From NCBI GenBank assembly GCA_903845195.1, contig CAIMWO010000019.1, positions 56,277 through 120,276 on the forward strand: a stretch of DNA of 64,000 nucleotides, given 5' to 3'. This document shows, one piece after another, positions 1 to 9,601 of the stretch. A program made the position numbers and the translations under genes. The notes beneath the pieces are model-generated. The model was not told the origin of the DNA and did not search any database. It saw only the letters and a list, made by a program, of their open reading frames with translations. This DNA comes from an uncultured Phycisphaerales bacterium (GTDB lineage Bacteria > Planctomycetota > Phycisphaerae > WQYP01). The first letter of the stretch is position 1; every line of letters begins with the position of its first letter.

Positions 1-151
1 ATCCCTCAGCGGAATCGTCAAAGCTCCGCGCCGGCACCCCCTGCCGGAAATCCGCTGCCTTGGTCCACGTCTCATACCCCGCCAGCAATTCCCCCGCCGC
101 CAACTTGAATCGCCAATCTTTGTCCAACGACACCCGCGTTCGATTCGTCAT
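1..151 (-). CDS. 5' part of a probable GH2 glycoside hydrolase (runs off the window)
   Basis: Manual translation MTNRTRVSLDKDWRFKL...ARSFDDS resembles the SLDxxWRF...FDDS N-terminus of GH2 enzymes. Confidence 0.5.
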   Translation of the reverse strand, partial: MTNRTRVSLDKDWRFKLAAGELLAGYETWTKAADFRQGVPARSFDDSAEG

Positions 152-745
152 TTGTCATGTTCCTGCTTGGGTTGAGCATTGCCTTTTCACGTCAAAATCC
201 ACCTTTCGGCAGCGACGCATCGCCGCATTGTATCAACGCGCCCACGTGTGAACAGGCCGAAGCCGCGGCGGCGAATCGATGCAGCCGATACACAAAATGC
301 CTAAAAACGCCATCCACAGAAGGACCAATTTGCACCTTTTTTCACATTGTTAACCTATTGTACAAAATGACTTTACATTCACACACCAAAGGAATACTCG
401 TCCCGCGGAGTTGACTAGTACCTTTTTTCACAATATATTAAGCCTAATTAGTCGTTTACCCCGTTACGAAAATTCACTTCCGCACCGCAAATCCACCGTC
501 CCGCTGCGCCAGCGCCGACGCCACAATCCTTCCCCCCCCTTCCCACAAGGTCCCGGTCCCCCCGACCGGGATCATTTTTGCCCCGCCACATAACTCACAA
601 CACATGGCGTCCCCCCGCCACGCCATCCCACGTTATGCGCTACCCCGACAACTCCGTTGCACGCAACGATTTCGCCGCGTAATCTAACACGGGTTCGGGG
701 CCACTTGGGCGCAACACTGGACGAACGCACTCGGAGTAACTGCAC

Positions 746-1300
746 ATGACTAACACACCAAACGAACAGAACGATCCAAGCAAAATACCCGCGGCCGTTG
801 ATCCCTCGCCCATTCTTTCGCTTTACACGTCCCCAGACCCGCGCTTTCTGTCCGCGAGTCAGGCCCGCGCCTTCAAGATGGCTCAGAAGCGCGCCGTAAA
901 ATCGTTGAAGATTGCGTCGGTGGTCCTGCTTGTCGCCGTCGTCATCGTTGTGTGTGGCATCTCGCTAGACCGTGACTTGCGACAATACATACTCGTGTGG
1001 GTGGGGCCTTTCCTTCATGGCACAATCGCGATTGGTCTTTGGATTTGCGCTGAGATGTTGGAGCGCAATCAACTAAAAGCCATGTTTGCGGCAAGGATAG
1101 GCATCATCTGCTTTGTGAGTTGGATCGTCTTCAATTTCGTCGCAACTTGGTGGATCTCGGGCAAGCTGGGCAGCCCCTCTTTCTGTTTTGGAGTCCCCAT
1201 ATTTCTTTTGCTGTTTCTGATGGCCTGGATGGCCATGGACCGCGTCAAATGGACCTTCACGCAAGCCGACCAGAAGATCCGCTCTACGAAAAGTTCTTGA
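746..1300 (+). CDS. Hypothetical membrane protein (about 4 TM segments)
   Basis: 184-aa ORF, GGAG RBS upstream, hydrophobic segments. Confidence 0.7.
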   Translation: MTNTPNEQNDPSKIPAAVDPSPILSLYTSPDPRFLSASQARAFKMAQKRAVKSLKIASVVLLVAVVIVVCGISLDRDLRQYILVWVGPFLHGTIAIGLWICAEMLERNQLKAMFAARIGIICFVSWIVFNFVATWWISGKLGSPSFCFGVPIFLLLFLMAWMAMDRVKWTFTQADQKIRSTKSS

Positions 1301-1385
1301 GCAATTTCCTTGGTGCCTTGAATTCCTGATGGCTCAAATTCTCCCGCGAAGTCCCAGGCACACCAAGGCCGTCCGTGCTGGTCAC

Positions 1386-2426
1386 TCACGATCGCCGCAA
1401 CAATTCCAGCAACTCCCGATCCAACTTGTGCTCATGAAAATCCTCGTACGCCACATCCCCTCGCTCCGAATCCACCACCCCAAACGGTCCGCGAAAATTC
1501 CACAAAGCCCACCCTATCCCATGGCCCTGCAGAATCTCCAGCACTTCCGTGAACCACGCCAGGAACACCGCGTGCGGCGTCTTGTTAAAACACCCGCCCT
1601 CGCCGCAGTGCACGCCCACCCCGCGCTGCACCAGCGCCGCCCACGGGGCATAATACGCCTCCAGCTCCGCCCGGCCCCACGTGCTGCCAAAATGATCCGC
1701 CCCCGGCCACCGCGGCGCCTGCGTCCACGGATAGTTCACCCACGGCGCCTGGTAATGACTGATCCCAAACGGTCCATACGCCCGGCAACTCTGACCCACC
1801 TGCTGATCCCCTAGATCGATAATCTCCTTCACCACCTCCTGCCCATACGTAAGCCCGTCGGCCACGATCAGCCGCTCCGGATCGACGCCGCGAATGGCCG
1901 CCACCGCGCCCCGAACCACCTGCTCGTGATTCTTCCGCGTCAAGCCACACGCGCCCGGCGATGGCGGCTCGTTCACCAGATCGAAACTCAATCGCTCCGA
2001 GGGAATCCCCTTGTACCGCAGCGCCAGCGCATGCCACTGCGCACAAAACATCCCCTGCATCGCCGGATCGGTCCACAGACTCCGCGCCTCCGCCGGCGGA
2101 TTCACGCAGTAACCCGGCGCCCGATGGAAATCGAGCGACACATGAACGCCATACTGCCGCCCCAGCTCCACCAGCCGATCGATCCGCTCCAGCGTCTCCA
2201 CGCGGAACCGCCACGCCCCCCCCGACCCCCCCGCCGGATCGGCCACCGTCCAAAAACGGTAATCCATCGGAATCCGCACGAAATCAAAACCCCACTCGCG
2301 GATCCATTCAAAATCCGCCTCCCGAAAATCCCCCGCGCCCCCGGCGCTGACCAGTTCGCCCCCCGGCTCCCAGATAAACATCTCCAGCAGATTAAACCCG
2401 CGCCACCGCGGCAGCTTGTTGGTCAT
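1386..2426 (-). CDS. Glycoside hydrolase family 5 (cellulase-like)
   Basis: WRGFN, GFDFVRIP, LDFHRAPG, catalytic NEP, HCGEGG and WALWNF motifs; start set at MTNKLP. Confidence 0.9.
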   Translation of the reverse strand: MTNKLPRWRGFNLLEMFIWEPGGELVSAGGAGDFREADFEWIREWGFDFVRIPMDYRFWTVADPAGGSGGAWRFRVETLERIDRLVELGRQYGVHVSLDFHRAPGYCVNPPAEARSLWTDPAMQGMFCAQWHALALRYKGIPSERLSFDLVNEPPSPGACGLTRKNHEQVVRGAVAAIRGVDPERLIVADGLTYGQEVVKEIIDLGDQQVGQSCRAYGPFGISHYQAPWVNYPWTQAPRWPGADHFGSTWGRAELEAYYAPWAALVQRGVGVHCGEGGCFNKTPHAVFLAWFTEVLEILQGHGIGWALWNFRGPFGVVDSERGDVAYEDFHEHKLDRELLELLRRS

Positions 2427-2620
2427 ATAGCGTACCTTCTTGAAGTTCCTTCTCAAAGCACAATCTCGCGCTTCGTTCGTGCGCTCTCGTAAATGGCGCA
2501 CCGGATCGTGAGTCACTCGTTGTACTCATCGCCGAGACGGACCGCAACCGGCGTGAAGCAAAACAACGACGTAAATAAATGAGCCACCATTAAACACCCA
2601 AAACACAAACCTGTGAGAAC

Positions 2621-2666
2621 AAAAAAGAGGCGGAGATAATTGTTCTAAACAATTATCCCCGTCTCT
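2621..2666 (-). terminator. Intrinsic terminator downstream of the terminase gene
   Basis: Long inverted repeat agaggcggagataattgtt/aacaattatccccgtctct with an A-run on + (U-run on -). Confidence 0.6.
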
Positions 2667-2679
2667 GTCCTGATTCACT

Positions 2680-2714
2680 ATTTGTGTTCATTCGTGTTCA
2701 CTTGTGGCTAATTT
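2680..2714. repeat. Dispersed TTCGTGTTCA-type repeat (TGTTCATTCGTGTTCATTTGTGGCTAATTT); also at 4230, 4376, 5651, 7123, 40259, 53498, 56428 (inverted) and 56516
   Basis: Near-identical copies read directly from the sequence. Confidence 0.9.
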
Positions 2715-2735
2715 ACGTTCGTTTTCGCCGCAGCG

Positions 2736-4199
2736 TTAATAATGCTTCACCTCCACCCCCACCCGCGGCGCCAATTGATTGACCACCGCATAACGCAACG
2801 CATCAATCGGATGATCGTGCGTCCCATCCTTGATCGGCTTGCCCGCACTGTCCCGCCGATACGCCTGCATCGCCGCAATCAAATGCACGCACGCCGGATC
2901 GATCAGCAGCCGCGGCTCCCCGATGGCCGGCTCCAGCAGATCGTCGATCTGCCGCAACCCCTCATCGATCGCCATCGCCCGCGTCCGCACCGCAAACCCC
3001 GCCTCCTGCAACACCTTCACATCCGTCTTGCCGGAATGACTGTTCGTCTGCCGCCCCGCCACATCGCAATAAACCACGTCGATGGCGCGATTCCGCTGCC
3101 GCATCGCCCGAATATTCTTCTCTAGCGAGAGCTGCCGCGCCACCAGCTCATCCAGCACCCACAACATCGGCCGCCCGCGCTCGTCCCGCAGCACAGCGAT
3201 CCACAAACACACGAACGCCCCGGCAAAACCAAAATCGACCCCGGCAATCTGCATCTCCGGCACCCGCGCCCCCTCCCATCGCCGCACGTGCTTCTCCACC
3301 CGAAACCCCGCAAACACCGCATCCTTCCACCGCGGCGGCATGCACAACATTTCATGCTCCCACGTTGCCTGCCCCACCCGCCCCTGCATCGCAATCACGT
3401 CGTCGATCTTCATAAATCCCTCAGCCTTCCTGGCCTTCCCCCGGCAATCGCCCCACAACGGACACTCCCCACACACCCGCGCCTCCGGACACTTCTCGAT
3501 CACATCCCACACGCACCACGAAAAAACCTTCCGCCTGCTCCCCGATGATTCCAGAATCTCCTGCATCAGCCCGCCCGGTTTGTGCATTGTCGAAAACGCC
3601 TCGATCGCCTCGCGCATCGCCACCCCGCCGCGACCCTCTTCGCCCACGCTCCGCGTCACCAACTGCGCCGCCGACCACACGTCCGGATCGAACAACTCCA
3701 CCTCGTCGCAGCGCAGTTTCTGAACCCGCTGCCCGCGCACCGACCGATCCGACTGCGCCAGAATCTCCACGCGCGATCCGTTGGTCAACTCCATCCGCCG
3801 CCGCGTCGGCGACGCCGCCAGCAGATGCTCAAAATTCGGCTCGATCAATTGCCGCAGATACGCATACATCTTCTCCGACTGTTCGAGACTCCCACCCAAA
3901 ATGCGAATCTGCACCCCCGGCTTGAACAGCAGATCGAGCAACGTCGCCACCGCCCCCAGCATCGTCTTGCCCCCGCCCCGGCACGCCCACACCGCACGAT
4001 CCCCCGGATGCTCGAAAAAACTCGCGCACAAATAATCCAGCGGCGAAACATGCCCCCTGCAAACCCCCTCCCGCGGCAAACGCAACTGCAACTTCCATTG
4101 CAGCCAGATCCACAACGTCCCCCGATCCCGCGGCGCCCCCTCCAGCGCCCCATCCGTCTTCTCCCCCCATTTCTCCACGCTCAACCGCGTCTTGCGCAT
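2736..4199 (-). CDS. Phage terminase large subunit-like protein
   Basis: Walker A RGGGKT, Walker B CDEVE, coupling motif STMH, RNase H-like nuclease motifs GVDFGF, YCD and DHPIDALRY; Cys-rich CPEARVCGECPLWGDC insert. Confidence 0.85.
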   Translation of the reverse strand: MRKTRLSVEKWGEKTDGALEGAPRDRGTLWIWLQWKLQLRLPREGVCRGHVSPLDYLCASFFEHPGDRAVWACRGGGKTMLGAVATLLDLLFKPGVQIRILGGSLEQSEKMYAYLRQLIEPNFEHLLAASPTRRRMELTNGSRVEILAQSDRSVRGQRVQKLRCDEVELFDPDVWSAAQLVTRSVGEEGRGGVAMREAIEAFSTMHKPGGLMQEILESSGSRRKVFSWCVWDVIEKCPEARVCGECPLWGDCRGKARKAEGFMKIDDVIAMQGRVGQATWEHEMLCMPPRWKDAVFAGFRVEKHVRRWEGARVPEMQIAGVDFGFAGAFVCLWIAVLRDERGRPMLWVLDELVARQLSLEKNIRAMRQRNRAIDVVYCDVAGRQTNSHSGKTDVKVLQEAGFAVRTRAMAIDEGLRQIDDLLEPAIGEPRLLIDPACVHLIAAMQAYRRDSAGKPIKDGTHDHPIDALRYAVVNQLAPRVGVEVKHY

Positions 4200-4383
4200 G
4201 ATCCCCCCCTCGCCTCTCAACAACATCGCGTTCATTCGTGTTCATTTGTGGCTAATTTGAGTCGTCCAAAATCCCATCAAAAAACCTCTGTGCGTCCTCC
4301 GTGTCTCTGTGCCTCTGTGGTAAAATTTTCGCGGTCCGCCGTCCGTCGTTGTTCAATTCTCTTCCTCTCTCCAACATTCGTGT

Positions 4384-4941
4384 TCATTCGTGTTCATTTG
4401 TGGCTAATTTATTTCCCTCGTCGACCGCCGTACTCTCCGACGATTCACCGCCTCGCACCTCATCAGGCCCACACCCATCCCCCCTGCTCTCCAGCGGCCG
4501 CAAGCCCGCCCGCCTCTCCAACACTTCCTTCAATCCCGAAATAATGTCGCGCTGCGACTCCTCGTTCATCGGCCGCTTGACCGCACGCTTCGCCGACTTG
4601 CCCAACTTCGCTTTCCCGCGCCCGCCGCCCTTGCGCCGCAGACCGGATATCTGCAGCACCTCCAGCGCCGCTTTGAATGCCAGTTCCGGATTTTCCTTAT
4701 CTTCCACAAGCCGCAGCACACAGCCCATCGCCGACGGCGCAGAGCTCCCCGCCAAAATGATCCCGTGAATGTGCGACAACACCCGCCGACTCGTCAACTG
4801 TGCCATCCCGTTACGCGTCTGCAGCATCTTGAGCAACTGCATCACCGTCAGACGCTCCTGCTCCAAAAGTGTCTTCAAATCGCGCGTGGTAGCCAGTTCG
4901 TCAATCACGTGCCGGATTCGCTCTTTCCGCTTCATCTTCAT
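4384..4941 (-). CDS. Hypothetical helical protein, possible terminase small subunit
   Basis: Lies between ParB and the terminase; good RBS; C-terminus supplied by a repeat; function inferred from position only. Confidence 0.55.
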   Translation of the reverse strand: MKMKRKERIRHVIDELATTRDLKTLLEQERLTVMQLLKMLQTRNGMAQLTSRRVLSHIHGIILAGSSAPSAMGCVLRLVEDKENPELAFKAALEVLQISGLRRKGGGRGKAKLGKSAKRAVKRPMNEESQRDIISGLKEVLERRAGLRPLESRGDGCGPDEVRGGESSESTAVDEGNKLATNEHE

Positions 4942-4961
4942 CCCCCTTCCAAAAAAGTTCC

Positions 4962-5567
4962 TCAACGACCCATCGCATTCCCACGCTCACGGCACCAACT
5001 CAACAACGCCGCCGCCACGTCACCGTTCGTACGCTTCAATTCCGCCACCAGCCGCCGCTTCTCCTCCCCCGGCAAAAACACCGTGAACGCCTCCGGCATC
5101 TCCGCCGGCAACGACGCCGCGGCCGGCAGCGGCGGCGGCCCCCGATACAGCAGCTTCCGCAACGTCCGATCATCCTCCGGCAGCAACATCGCCAGATCGC
5201 CCACGCCCGCGGTCTGATCCAGTTCACGCACCAACGCCAACCGCTTGCCCGGCACATCTCTGCCCGCAAGACGATTCACCGTCGCCAGCATCAGCAGCGA
5301 TTGCGCATCATCGAGTTCCCACACCAAACACGCCGCCTGCCCGTGCCCCAGCCCTTCCAGTATCCGCTTGCGATGATGCCCGTTGATGAGCTGATATTCG
5401 CCACCGATTTCCGGGTGCGGCCGCACCAGCAGCGGCTCATACCGCCCGGTCTTTTCAATATGCCGCGAAAGCTTCCGCAGCGCCCCCGCCGCCATCACGT
5501 TCGCATTCGCCGGATGCGCGTGCAACTTCACCAACTCGATCCAATGAATCACATGTGCATCATTCAT
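4962..5567 (-). CDS. ParB/Srx N-terminal domain protein
   Basis: LHAHPANAN, PLLVRP, YQLINGHHR and NRLAG motifs typical of phage-type ParB proteins. Confidence 0.85.
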   Translation of the reverse strand: MNDAHVIHWIELVKLHAHPANANVMAAGALRKLSRHIEKTGRYEPLLVRPHPEIGGEYQLINGHHRKRILEGLGHGQAACLVWELDDAQSLLMLATVNRLAGRDVPGKRLALVRELDQTAGVGDLAMLLPEDDRTLRKLLYRGPPPLPAAASLPAEMPEAFTVFLPGEEKRRLVAELKRTNGDVAAALLSWCRERGNAMGR

Positions 5568-5658
5568 AACTTCCCCTTTCCCCAAAAAAACCTCTGTGCG
5601 TCCTCCGCCCCTCTGTGACTCTGTGGTTCAACTTTTTCCCTTTCTCAAACATTTGTGT

Positions 5659-6390
5659 TCATTCGTGTTCATTTGTGGCTAATTTATCTTCGTCGTCGCG
5701 CATTGTAGTGCGAGCGTCATCACCCCTCCGCCACAGGTAATACACCGGCTGACTCAGTAATCTCTTGCGTGCCGCACAGATCAGCGTCGGTGCATCGCCA
5801 GTCTGCAACCGCGTGAAACGCTGCAGCTCACGCACCAGCAGCAGTGTCACACCGATCCGCCCCGCGTCGACCAGATCGATCGGCCGAAGCCCCTCATGTT
5901 CCAGCGCCGCCATCAAACGCTGTGCCCCTGCGTCCGCCGGCCGATCGTACGATTGCATCCCCGCCTGCGCAAAAAACGGATGCACCCGCCCCATCGCCGC
6001 CAACGCCTCCACGTACGGCGTCTGGGCCGTCGCCAGCGCCTCGCGCACCAGCGCCCGCGCCAGTCCCACCGAACGAAACACCGGATGCACGATGACGCGC
6101 GAAATCGTCCGCATCTCACTGTTCAGCCGCGCCGCCAGCAGCGCCCGATCACCGCCCACATATCGCCCCGGCAACGCCGCGTGACGCAACGAACAACACA
6201 ACGCCGGCAAACTCTCCACCAACACCCCCGCCACACACCCCGCGCCCCCCGCCGGCTCATACCGCGCCACCAACACCCGCATCACCGCCCGCGGCCGCCC
6301 CGATCGATAATGAAAAGCACTCAGCCCATGATAATCCGCCAAATCGCCCACACCGATACGCAAATCATTCCAAACCGTACACACCGCCAT
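5659..6390 (-). CDS. GNAT acetyltransferase (COG2401 C-terminal-like)
   Basis: FHYRS, ISRVIVHPVFRSVGLA acetyl-CoA motif, AAMGRVHPFF. Confidence 0.8.
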   Translation of the reverse strand: MAVCTVWNDLRIGVGDLADYHGLSAFHYRSGRPRAVMRVLVARYEPAGGAGCVAGVLVESLPALCCSLRHAALPGRYVGGDRALLAARLNSEMRTISRVIVHPVFRSVGLARALVREALATAQTPYVEALAAMGRVHPFFAQAGMQSYDRPADAGAQRLMAALEHEGLRPIDLVDAGRIGVTLLLVRELQRFTRLQTGDAPTLICAARKRLLSQPVYYLWRRGDDARTTMRDDEDKLATNEHE

Positions 6391-6431
6391 AATCGCCTCC
6401 CCCCATCATTCCTCGTTCGGCCTTTCATCGT

Positions 6432-7100
6432 TCATCGTTCAACGTTCATCATTTCGCTCCCCACTCTCACCTTTACCGCCGGCAACAGATCCGCTCCAAG
6501 ATCCTCATACGTCGTCGCCAACACCGCCGCCCGCGGCCGCCCCGTCTCCACACTCCGCCGGATAAATTTCCCAAGCCCATACGCCACCACCTTCGCCGTG
6601 ACCCGATCCAGCGTCGCTCCAAACTCATCCGCCATCAGCACCGCCGCATCCGACGCAAAAAACTGCGCCAACCGATACCGAAATCGTTGCCCCTCCGACA
6701 ACACCGCCGGCGACCGCAACAGCACCCGCGCATCCGACAATCCCGCCCGCGCCAAATGCCCCAGCGCCTCCTCCAGCGGCACAGCAAAACAATCCACCAG
6801 CGCCCTATCCGTCGGCAACTCGATCTCCTCCAACCGCATAATGCGCCACCCCGGCCGCAGTGCGCGAATCTGCGCCTCCGCCGCCCGCAGCAAAGTCGAT
6901 TTCCCCACCCCCGACGCACCGGTGATCAACACCACCTCCCCCGGCGCCACACGCAACTCCACCCGCTCGAACAACGCACATTCGCCCCCCGCCTCCAGCC
7001 CAATCCCAAACAACGCCGCCACACTCAGCACCCGATCGCTCACCGCCACCGGCCGCACCGGCACCCGCGCCGACAAACACATCGTAATCCCCGTCTCCAT
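6432..7100 (-). CDS. Soluble ABC-type ATPase (COG2401 N-terminal-like)
   Basis: Walker A GASGVGKS, signature LSEGQ, Walker B ADEF with LDRVTA; no permease nearby. Confidence 0.85.
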   Translation of the reverse strand: METGITMCLSARVPVRPVAVSDRVLSVAALFGIGLEAGGECALFERVELRVAPGEVVLITGASGVGKSTLLRAAEAQIRALRPGWRIMRLEEIELPTDRALVDCFAVPLEEALGHLARAGLSDARVLLRSPAVLSEGQRFRYRLAQFFASDAAVLMADEFGATLDRVTAKVVAYGLGKFIRRSVETGRPRAAVLATTYEDLGADLLPAVKVRVGSEMMNVER

Positions 7101-7211
7101 ATTCCCCCCCTCTCTTCCCAATATTTGTGTTTATTCGTGTTCATTTGTGGCTAATTTACGTCGTCGCCCCCCGCTCTTGAAATTTGCGCCTCGAAACTCG
7201 AAACTCCCCCC

Positions 7212-7718
7212 ATGCTCCTTCTCAAACGCCATCTCGTGCAACTGGTCCGCGAAGGCAAAAAGCGCCAGACTGTGCGCCTCTGGACCCGCCTCATGCTCCG
7301 CGCCGGCATGATCAGCTTCACCCCCGGCCTCGGCCGCATGCGCATTCTCGCCGTCGATGAACTGGCCTCCCTCCAGGACCTCACCGAAGCCGATGCCCAC
7401 GCCGACGGCTTCCCCTCCCGCGCCGCTCTCCTGGCCGAAGTCCACCGCATCTACGGCTCAAAAATCCCCGCCGGCCGCCGCATCTTCCGCATCCGCTTCG
7501 ACTGGCCCATCGATGACCTCGGCCGCAAACTCGTCCTTGCCGATCCCGCCCCGACCCTTGCCGCCGCGCCCGCGCCTCACGCACTCCCGCCAAAACCACG
7601 CTCTCCTAAATCCCCCTCCGCCAAAATTCCCCGACCCCGACCCCGCAAATCCACTTCCATGTCCGCCGCCCAGCGCCAACAACTCCGCGCCTACCTCCTC
7701 GCCTCCCAACCCGCCTGA
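7212..7718 (+). CDS. ASCH (PUA-like) domain protein
   Basis: GKKRQTVR and LTEADAHADGF motifs. Confidence 0.8.
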   Translation: MLLLKRHLVQLVREGKKRQTVRLWTRLMLRAGMISFTPGLGRMRILAVDELASLQDLTEADAHADGFPSRAALLAEVHRIYGSKIPAGRRIFRIRFDWPIDDLGRKLVLADPAPTLAAAPAPHALPPKPRSPKSPSAKIPRPRPRKSTSMSAAQRQQLRAYLLASQPA

Positions 7719-7789
7719 AAAATATCGGCGTTCATCCGCGTTCATCGGCGGTTCCCCCCCTCTTCAGATTTTCCCCAGGACTCCCCGCC

Positions 7790-8470
7790 TCACGCCACCC
7801 GACCCAGCAACGTCCGCGCCGCCAACTCCGTCGGCACCTCCTGTTGGCCCGCCAGCATCATCACCAGCAACGAACGCGAAAGATCGATCTCCTTCCGCAC
7901 CTGGTGCAGCGTCTTGCGATGGTCCGTCGCAATCTCGCGCATCACCCTGCCGCATAAAAAATGCTCGCGCGCCGTCGTCTGCAATTGCCGCGGAAGCCTC
8001 TGCCCAAATTCCACCGCCAACGGAAAACACGGGTCCAGCATCGCATCGCGCAACGCATTGAGCCGCCACCGCAAACGCCGCGGCTTCACCTGATGAATCA
8101 GCGCCAACTCCCGTACCGATACGCCCCGATCATAATGTGCCTCCACCAGCGCCCGCTCCGCCGCCGGCAGATTCGCCGCCCGCCTCACCACCAACTGCCG
8201 CGATGCCCGCTCGTTCGCATATCGACCCGTCCGCCGCCGGTTACGTTGGATAGACATCATATGCACATCGTGCGATTCACGAGCTTCGTTCGGCAATTTC
8301 CGTGATGCCTCTGCCAGCTCCTCCGTCTCCCTAAAATCGTCAGAATCCATGTCATTTACTGATTCACGAATATCATCTCCCCCCATATCCTCCCCCACAT
8401 CCAGCCGCCCACCACATTTCATAACTTGATGCCCTAACTTGGGATAAGACTTAATCATGATGCTCTCCAT
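7790..8470 (-). CDS. Tandem sigma-70 region 4-like HTH protein (start uncertain, possibly 8260)
   Basis: Two LPxxxR...G.S/MREL/IA HTH-like repeats. Confidence 0.65.
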   Translation of the reverse strand: MESIMIKSYPKLGHQVMKCGGRLDVGEDMGGDDIRESVNDMDSDDFRETEELAEASRKLPNEARESHDVHMMSIQRNRRRTGRYANERASRQLVVRRAANLPAAERALVEAHYDRGVSVRELALIHQVKPRRLRWRLNALRDAMLDPCFPLAVEFGQRLPRQLQTTAREHFLCGRVMREIATDHRKTLHQVRKEIDLSRSLLVMMLAGQQEVPTELAARTLLGRVA

Positions 8471-8544
8471 TTACCGCTAAAAGACACTTCTTCCCGCCCC
8501 CGGACATCTTTCACCCAAAATCGCATAAACCGCCTCTCCGGGAC

Positions 8545-8599
8545 TTGAAACGGCCGTTTAACTTTGTATGATTATAATACAACAGTCAAACAGATGCAA
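8545..8599. promoter_or_regulatory. Overlapping divergent sigma70-like promoters with a palindromic operator candidate
   Basis: + strand TTGAAA-16-TATGAT (8545-8572); - strand TTGCAT-17-TATAAT (8599-8571); imperfect palindrome TTGTATGATTATAATACAA at 8564-8582. Confidence 0.6.
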
Positions 8600-8681
8600 G
8601 AAAGAATCCTAATAAAAACCTAACTTGTGTCTGCCGTTACAGTTGAATCAAGAACGGATTCGTCCCGTCAAGGAGTGACCC

Positions 8682-9527
8682 ATGAGCAAGAAAACCGAAG
8701 CCCCATCAAAGACCTCCGCTTCCGAAAACGCCCCCCCCCATTCCACCCCCCACACCATGCCCCGCGCCGCATCCCTCGAAGCTCTCGGCGCCGCACTCCG
8801 CCACCGCCGCGAAACCCTCGGACTCACCCTCGACGCCCTCACCGCACTCACCGCCATCAGCAAACCCTACCTCTCCAACATCGAAACCGCCCGCGCCCCC
8901 GGCCCACCCTCCGAAGAAAAACTCACCAAGCTCGCCGCCGCCCTCAAAATCGATGAGCCCTCACTCCAGGCCGCCGCCGACTGGCTCCGCACCCCCGCCT
9001 CCGTCCGCGACCTCCTCCAACAACTCGAACACGCCCAGGAATCCCTCGCCCACCCCGCGCGCCGGTTAGGCATCGCCGGCGCCCTCCCCGTCCGCGGCGT
9101 GCCCGTCATCAACAAAGTCGCCGCCGGCCGCGCCACCGACTTCGGCGACCTCGACTACCCCGTCAACGTCGCCGACCACTACGTCCCCGCACCCGACCTC
9201 CCCTGCGCCGACGGCACCGAAGTCCGCGCCAGCTTCGCCGTCCGCGTCACCGGCGACTCCATGGCCCCCGATTACGCCGAAGGCGATCTCGTCGTCGTCG
9301 CAGAAGGCGCCGCCGCCGACGGCGACGACTGCCTCGTCCGCCTCGGTGCCCGCGAAAATTTTGCCACCACCCTCAAACGCATCTACTTCGAAAAAGAAGG
9401 CGACACCATCATGCGCCTCCGCCTCGTCCCCTTGAACCCCGCCCACGCCACCTGGAAAGTAAAAGCCGAAGAAGTCACCGGCGTCTACCCGGTGTTATAC
9501 AAGATTACGCCACGGCGTGGGCGATAA
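8682..9527 (+). CDS. XRE-HTH plus peptidase S24 repressor (CI/LexA-like)
   Basis: HTH ISKPYLSNIE, cleavage site VAAG, catalytic GDSM and TLKR. Confidence 0.9.
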   Translation: MSKKTEAPSKTSASENAPPHSTPHTMPRAASLEALGAALRHRRETLGLTLDALTALTAISKPYLSNIETARAPGPPSEEKLTKLAAALKIDEPSLQAAADWLRTPASVRDLLQQLEHAQESLAHPARRLGIAGALPVRGVPVINKVAAGRATDFGDLDYPVNVADHYVPAPDLPCADGTEVRASFAVRVTGDSMAPDYAEGDLVVVAEGAAADGDDCLVRLGARENFATTLKRIYFEKEGDTIMRLRLVPLNPAHATWKVKAEEVTGVYPVLYKITPRRGR

Positions 9528-9601
9528 CCGATAAAGACTAGAACCTGCTTTACATTGTGCGTTCTGCGAACACTAGCCTCGCTTCTCATGAGATCTTTAC
9601 A

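Noticed and set aside
160-745. Short ORFs or ncRNA in the first intergenic region
   Set aside because: No coherent coding signal or recognisable RNA family; probably a promoter region
2736-9527. Complete prophage
   Set aside because: No integrase, portal, capsid, tail, lysis or replication genes and no att pair seen around the module
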